Assembly (NCBI GenBank): GCA_965637545.1
Contig: OZ281499.1
Location: 7,936,001-8,000,000, forward strand
Direction of reading: 5' to 3'
Length of the DNA stretch: 64,000 nt
Source: Phallusia mammillata
Lineage: Eukaryota
Both the position numbers and the translations under genes were made by a program. Position 1 is the stretch's first letter, and each line of letters begins with the position of its first letter. This document shows positions 58,559-64,000 of the stretch, piece by piece. The notes beneath the pieces are model-generated. The model worked only from the letters and a program-made list of their open reading frames with translations. It did not search any database and was not told where the DNA came from.

Positions 58559-58733
58559 CAGTGGTGGGATTTAGCCGGTTAGCACTGGTTCTAGAAACGT
58601 CTCACGAATTTTATGAGACCAGCGAACCGGTTAGCATTACTGGTTACTGTCAATGGACTTTTTAAAACAGAACCGACTGAAAAATATGACTTTTGTTGTA
58701 GAACTGGCAGACAAAAAATATATCCCACCACTG
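58559..58733. mobile_element. 175-bp hAT MITE (CAGTGGTGGGAT family) upstream of the peroxidase gene
   Basis: TIR CAGTGGTGGGAT / ATCCCACCACTG; near-TSD GTTATAGG / GTAGTAGG. Confidence 0.85.
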
Positions 58734-59958
58734 GTAGTAGGGTAAACCGTTTCAAGGTCCAAAAAACGATTGTGAAGTAGTTATTTTGAAGCTCTCCAAC
58801 TTTTGTACAAATTCATAGCAGCAATGTACAAATTTACATCAGCCAAGATACACCTTAAAATCATTTTGTACCAAGGGATGTACATAAATTTCGAACCAAT
58901 TACACAAGAAAATCCAAAACAATTACACAAGCAACATTGCATTAATTAAACAAGTAACTTGTAGCAGGTATACAGATGTTGATGTTATGTGTAATTTGTT
59001 TGTGCAATATTATCAGTACGATAGTAAAACACAAAGAGGAGCCTTTAAAACGATGCAAGGATGATATTTTGCTCGTTGAAAAGTCACATTTTCACCCAGA
59101 ATACATCACTACAAAACTACGGTCACTGTGATACATATACACTTGCAAAACGTCTGCATCGTAGTATTCTTTGAGACACAATAAATGCAAGGGGGGCAGA
59201 AACCAAACCAAAACGCTTCCACTAGCCCTTTGATTGCTACTAACGAAACGTTGTAAATATCACAATTTTCATGGTGTGCTTGCCCATTGCTACGAGTTTT
59301 AGATTTTGTAAAGCTGTAAACCAGATATGTTTCGTTAATGAGTCAACTACTGTACAGATGATTATACGGCACGTACCACCTTCAACAAACATAAGTTTTA
59401 CTTTGTTGGTACAAAACGCTTGTAAGAGGCGGTGCAATTTTGTTTCTGAAATGCAGATTTTCCGACTTTTGGGTTTCGCTTTATTTTAGCATGTTGATAT
59501 TAGGTTGGAAATTTTTTTAACAATCATAACTACATTTTTATCAAACCGTGACGACGCGTTACGTCCGTAAAAAAGGAATCTTGAATTCTATTATATGCGA
59601 GAAATGTTGCAAAATACAAATCACTTGCCAACACGTTTAAAAAAGCGTGACAACGTTAGTCGCAAAACAAAAAGTCGGCTGTGGTTATAACCACGTATTA
59701 ACCATCCAACCTTATAAACAATAATTTCCGTAATGGTGAGGAATCTTAAAAGTGTGAATACAATGTTCAATTTATCACAACGTATAGGAAATAAACGTAA
59801 AAAAACAGACAGATATAATCGTGGTGTCATGTTACGTGCCTTTTCTTTTGTGTCTTAAAGTCATTGCCAAATTTGAACAAAAAAAGTCAAAAAAGTACTT
59901 TAAAAACAACCGTTATGCCGATTACCACAATGCAGTTCGGGTGAACAAAACACTTCGA

Positions 59959-62848
59959 TCACAACACCAAGTCCTTCTGGCCGTTGAGTAATTTGTCCTG
60001 CACGTCAAGAGCCTTTTTGGTGCGCTCTTCGTATTGCGGAAATATGGGAAAATATTTGGCCAACCTGCGTATAATGTAAACTAAAGTTTCTAGTTTGTAA
60101 GTGGTATAGGTTTGTATAGGTGAGTTATGGTAGAAACCATAGCACCATGGTATAGGTGTTGAGTTGTGATATAAACCATAGCACCATGATAACACAGCTT
60201 GTGTCCTGCAAGAATATCTATCAACACATTGTTTGTGGGAAATAGGTTTGTTTAGTTTTTCCTGTCTTAAAGTTGTCGGGCCGAACATTGCAGTCTGGGT
60301 TCCGGTTGGGCTCGGTTTGGGTAAAGTTTTAAATGTGAGTGAAGCAGACTTTATTTAAAGGTTACTAACACCCAGTCACATTTTTGTCGTAGTTCCACGT
60401 TGGTAAATTTTGTGCATAATTTGGGTCTGTTGTAAAACGAAATTTCTTGTTCGTATCGGGTTTCAGGCTTTTATGCTTGGGTTCGTGCTCTGATTTCGGT
60501 CCGGCTTATAACTCTGCTTAATCGATTTTTTCGAGTCTCCACAACTGCAAATCTCTTTTGAATACGATTTACTCCGCAAAAGGTGTACGTCTAAGGTTAA
60601 GGGTTGATTTGTACCAGTGTGCACCGAAGTTTCGGTTGGCCGAAATATTTTAGTCGATTATGCCGTTTTGCCGACGATTCGGTCTTGGTCCTAAACTCAA
60701 TATCTGTAGTTTAAAACATCATAGATAAACTAATTAATGACTAGTAAACACATGTCAAGTTGTCTGCAAATTAATCGAGGTTTTGTTTTGCTTACGTTTT
60801 GTGAAAGTTGTTTTGGAGTGTCATAAATAATTTCATCTACAATGCAAAGTTTAGTCCGTCAGATTGGGGATTTTAGGATAAGGCGGGTTCGGTGCATCAC
60901 TAGTTCGCTTTGCTATATTTACCTGAATTCAGTGGAAAACGGCAAAGAGTAGCATTTTCGTTGTTTTTCTTCAATCGACGAATGATCTTCAAAACCGTCA
61001 CCGTAACTTTGTCGCCATTTGGTAAATCCGCGTTCGGCATCAGTTCCTAAAAAAATATGATATGACTAAAAATCTTTCCGGCGATTAGGCAGTGAATGAT
61101 TCACAAAAGAACAATGTACGTTCCTTTACCTGGAAGAGTGTTATCAAAAAACATGCCGATAACTCCACCAATCAGCATAGGTGACTGCAAAATAATTGTA
61201 AAAATGTTGTCTATTTCAATCACTCCTGTTTGGATCGCATTTGGGTGAACTTTTGTCCATTCCGGCACAGAGAGTCCAAGGAAAATTGAAATTCCGATGA
61301 TAAAGATGTTTCTAAAGTTGAAAGATAAAGTTTATCAGCAAAATGATTTTACCTATACCTTCATTGTCTGGTAAAAGTTGAAATTTGTTTCTTGCCGTTT
61401 AGAATTTTGAAATGTATCGCTGAGTATTTTATTCTGTACTGTCCAAACTATTGCACCGAGTGGTTTAGATTTTTCTAGAGGTATGGGTGCAATTTCTAGA
61501 GGTATGGGTGCAATTTTTACCTGATATTGGTTTAGATTTAACAGGAGTCCAATCTTACAACACTGTTTTTTAAACTCGTTTTTTTATCGACAAAAGGCAA
61601 TTTAGCTGCAATTTTGTAAGATGAAAATAAATGTGTTAAAAATATTACTTTGGTTACCGCTTTAATCACACCTTTACCTGCTAGAATTGAGATCCACATA
61701 TTGAAGGTTACAAAGTCCCACAGCTGCTATCATTCCAAATAAAACCATGAACAAACCGCCGATAACTGGCTCCGGAACGAGGACAAAAATACCTCCAAGT
61801 TTTCCCAAACAACCAATAAGTACGAGAAGAAAACCAGCAGCTTGAAGTACCTTGTAAAGTGCATATTTTGCTTTGAGGCTATGCATTTAATTGAAAGCAA
61901 GTTTAGAGATTAAATGTATTAAGCAAAACCAACTGCTTATTTAAGTTGTCTTTAATGTTTGTTTCTTCGCAATCTTGAACGTAGTTTTGCTAAGTTTTAT
62001 TAAAACTCTTAAAAATTTCACGAACATTTTTTCTACTTATGCACTTTGCACGATCAAGCACATGTCAAATCGGTTATTCATGCTGACAAATCTATTTTGT
62101 GTAACTTTAAATTAAAAATAGCGCTCTGGTGCGCCATCTTGTGGAAATGTCAAGCAAAGTTTTACATCGACTTACTCTGCGACTCCCAACTCGTGTAATA
62201 CCAATGGCAGCAATGTTTTCGCTGTACGAGGTCGTACCTGTAGTGGTTCCGAAAATACCAGAAATCACACAACCAATTCCCTCGAAACATATTCCCCTGT
62301 AGGGCAAAATACCACAAAAGCTGTTTAAAAAACAGTAAAAAGCCAAAAAATGGGGGTTGACTTGACCTGTTAATTGCGTAGTCCGGTGGAGGAGGACCGC
62401 CCGCTAGTTTTGCGCATGCGTAGTAGTCGCCTATCGATTCGATGGTTGAGCCAAGTACACCCGCACTCATCCCAACTACCCCGGCCAGTGTAACTTTAGG
62501 CCAGCCCCACTGGAACGGATAAGGCACACGAAACCTTTAAAAGCAGAACAAGAGTATTATATTAACCATTTTTTGCCATCTTGATGCAAAGATCTAACGA
62601 TTTGAGACAAAGTTTAAAAGGCCATCGCAAACCGGTTACATTGGTTGTAAAACGAAATTGTGCTTTTTAACGTCAAAACAAAAGTACCAAAACAATTTCA
62701 AAAAAATATACCACGGACTATTTTTGAGGACATTAATCCTGAAATCTGCCCTTGCAACGTGCTGTGGATTGCTGGGGTCTGGCGAAAGCACATCAGTCAC
62801 TGTAAGAATCCAACAAAAAATCCAACCTAATACCATGGCGATGATTAC
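59959..62848 (-). CDS. SLC23 (nucleobase-ascorbate transporter) family member, 3' portion; 5' exons beyond the window end
   Basis: Exons 62712-62848, 62367-62534, 62176-62296, 61678-61850, 61130-61311, 60923-61046, 59959-60064 (TGA), phases consistent. Motifs: [69 protein letters not shown]. Confidence 0.92.
60268..60516. mobile_element. Degenerate Ac-like hAT MITE in an SLC23 intron
   Basis: Ends TAAAGTTGTCGGGCC / CCGGCTTATAACTCTG; reverse-orientation relative of 20971-21085. Confidence 0.55.
61472..61513. repeat. Exact 21-bp tandem duplication (TTTCTAGAGGTATGGGTGCAA x2), intronic
   Basis: Read directly from the sequence. Confidence 0.9.
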
Positions 62849-62893
62849 CTTAAAAAATGTTTTGAAATCAAATACAGGACGATTGTGGTAGAG

Positions 62894-63085
62894 CTACTAA
62901 CACAAGAACTCACAGACAGGCCTTCTAATTTCCAAGAAGTGGCGTAACGGAGCATAAGCTTTTACCATGGCAATAATTGCTGACTCAGCAAATGGCTGAG
63001 CAATTATTGCCACATAAAAGCTTATGCTCCGTTGCGCCACCTTTTGGAAATCAGTAGGCCTTTTTGTGAGTTCTTGCGTTAGTAG
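62894..63085. mobile_element. 192-bp near-fully palindromic (foldback) MITE
   Basis: CTACTAACACAAGAACTCACA...TGTGAGTTCTTGCGTTAGTAG; the arms pair almost to the centre (GCTGACTCAGC...GCTGAGC). Confidence 0.85.
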
Positions 63086-64000
63086 ATTTTCCTACGATTG
63101 TAGATCTAAAAAAAACATTTAACTAGTTTAGTTTCGGATACATTTAAAAATGAGTGATTCTCGACCACCTGTGTATGAATTTCTTACTGGAGAGCATATT
63201 TTACACTTATGGGTAGAATATTTCTTTAGTTTTGCACGTAATAACAAGACTTAATTTTCTTTTTTAAGCAAAGGTTTTGAAGAGGAAGGTTCTAAATTGC
63301 TTAATGAAAAATTTTTGAAAAAAATTAAACCAATTCTGGTCAATGTTCGTTGTTAAATCCAATGCATTTTCGGTACCAAATTCTTGGTTTATTTCGTTTA
63401 TTCTATACTCAGTGGGCGGGCAACGCCTAAATGCGTTATGCTTACAGTGAGTCCGCTGTCGAGCTGCCTACTTAGCTTCTAGTCTCTATTAGATTCTTTG
63501 TTATATGTTTTTTTTTTCGGTTTAAGGTAGTTTGTGACTTTGGTTTGGTCAGGGAAACACAAGTATTCGAGACGCAATTAAATGTATTTTTTGGCACCCG
63601 ATTGAATACCTACTTGTCTGTCGCGCTTCATTATGCGTAAACTGCACCACTAAACACAGAATTTGTCAAACCGTAATGCGGTAAAACATTGTTTGTTTGC
63701 CACTACACGATGAGGTGGCGTTGGTGGGTATATAGTCCACACATTTTCACTGGTGTGTAGTTTTAGCTGCGACTTTTGTCTTTAGTAACGCAACGCATAA
63801 ATAAGTCAATGTCGAAGTGTACCACCTTTCGAACAAACAGGTTTCACGTTGTTTTTGTTGTTCACAGCGTATACCCAGCAGCGAACGGAAATTTTTGTCT
63901 TCTAAGGAACGCTTATTGTTTTTTTATTGATTTTATAACGAACGGAAATGCATACCCAACGAACAGAAATATTTTTCTCTAAGGTACTTTTCTGGCGAAA

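Overview
AT-rich eukaryotic (metazoan) genomic DNA with many short GT-AG introns and dense non-autonomous DNA transposons. The gene set and intron style suggest an invertebrate chordate such as an ascidian; this is an inference, not a proof. By hand-splicing I assembled six genes. (1) NOX4-type NADPH oxidase (+, 5993-9851); its 5' exons were not found in the window and it has two large insertions. (2) Intronless SIRT5 (-, 10693-11592), head-to-head with gene 3. (3) A ~935-aa nuclear-type RNA-binding protein (+, 12103-26824) with three hnRNP F/H/RBM12-like quasi-RRMs, an Arg-Ser-Pro heptad array and a C-terminal matrin-type zinc finger. (4) A CNT3-like concentrative nucleoside transporter (-, 28837-38782) with up to four candidate alternative first coding exons reaching 41885. 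(5) A secreted >1000-aa protein (-, 45740-57286) with signal peptide + 2 C-type lectin domains + animal heme peroxidase + 2 WxxW mucin-type domains. (6) The 3' part of an SLC23 nucleobase-type transporter (-, 59959-62848), continuing beyond the window. Introns and intergenic DNA hold at least 10 hAT MITEs (most with 8-bp TSDs), an internally deleted hAT transposase element, a TcMar MITE, a tRNA-derived SINE paired with an inverted copy, and foldback elements, one carrying decayed Penelope-type hammerhead ribozyme cores. The strongest novelty candidate is the lectin-peroxidase-WxxW fusion, located near an H2O2-type NOX4.
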